Below are positions 63,685 through 64,000 of a DNA stretch of 64,000 nt, piece by piece. The stretch is from positions 1 to 64,000 of the forward strand of contig QPGO01000013.1 in the NCBI GenBank assembly GCA_008632985.1, in the 5' to 3' direction. The notes under the pieces are model-generated. The model was not told the origin of the DNA and did no database searches. It saw only the letters and a program-made list of their open reading frames with translations. The stretch's first letter is position 1. Every line of letters begins with the position of its first letter. The translations under genes and the position numbers were made by a program. Source of the stretch: Psammoneis japonica (Eukaryota).

Positions 63685-64000
63685 TTCTTTCTTCGCGTTG
63701 ATATCGACTGAGGCTGTTACATGATATATGTCGTCAGCAACACGTTCGCGGGATTAGGATCTAAAGTAGGTATGTATAACCTCCTATTGTATATTGCGAT
63801 GGAAAAAGGGATGCGTAGCGTAGGAGTAGGAATGTCATGAATTCGACCATGGGAACTTCCACTTTGGACTGTCTTTCTTCATTGTATCCTCTCTCTCTTG
63901 CGGTTCCGTTTCTTTTGCCCTGTCGGCATACTGTCGAATCATTTCCTTTGGAACTGTAGTTGCTATACCGTACACACCAATCGCTGCCAATGACCACCAC

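Noticed and set aside
63761..64000. Minus-strand ORF at the window end
   Set aside because: Possibly the 3' part of a gene (normal TA content), but too short to assign a frame or product.

Overview
This is eukaryotic, gene-dense DNA with short GT-AG introns. It is most likely from a diatom, an inference from the CoDi-type Copia elements and the gene set. Ordinary genes (SPT6, a P5A-ATPase, a Tim17-family protein, a probable plastid/lumenal protein, a sulfotransferase-like protein and histidinol dehydrogenase) flank a nested transposon cluster of about 44 kb (about 14.5-59 kb). The cluster holds two full-length Ty1/Copia elements with LTRs and TSDs, three older Copia remnants, a Ty3/Gypsy remnant, a CRE-like non-LTR fragment, a TIR element and an embedded Crinkler-like NTPase-REase gene. 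The main signal is that repeat DNA, unlike the genes, has lost almost all TpA dinucleotides, which are converted to TpG or CpA (A>G at TpA on either strand). Conserved Tyr codons become His or Cys independently in different copies. Paired LTRs, a TSD and a tandem duplication show that the change happened after insertion. This looks like a repeat-targeted A-to-G hypermutation system, opposite in direction to fungal RIP. A modified-base sequencing artefact must still be excluded. All counts and alignments were done by eye.
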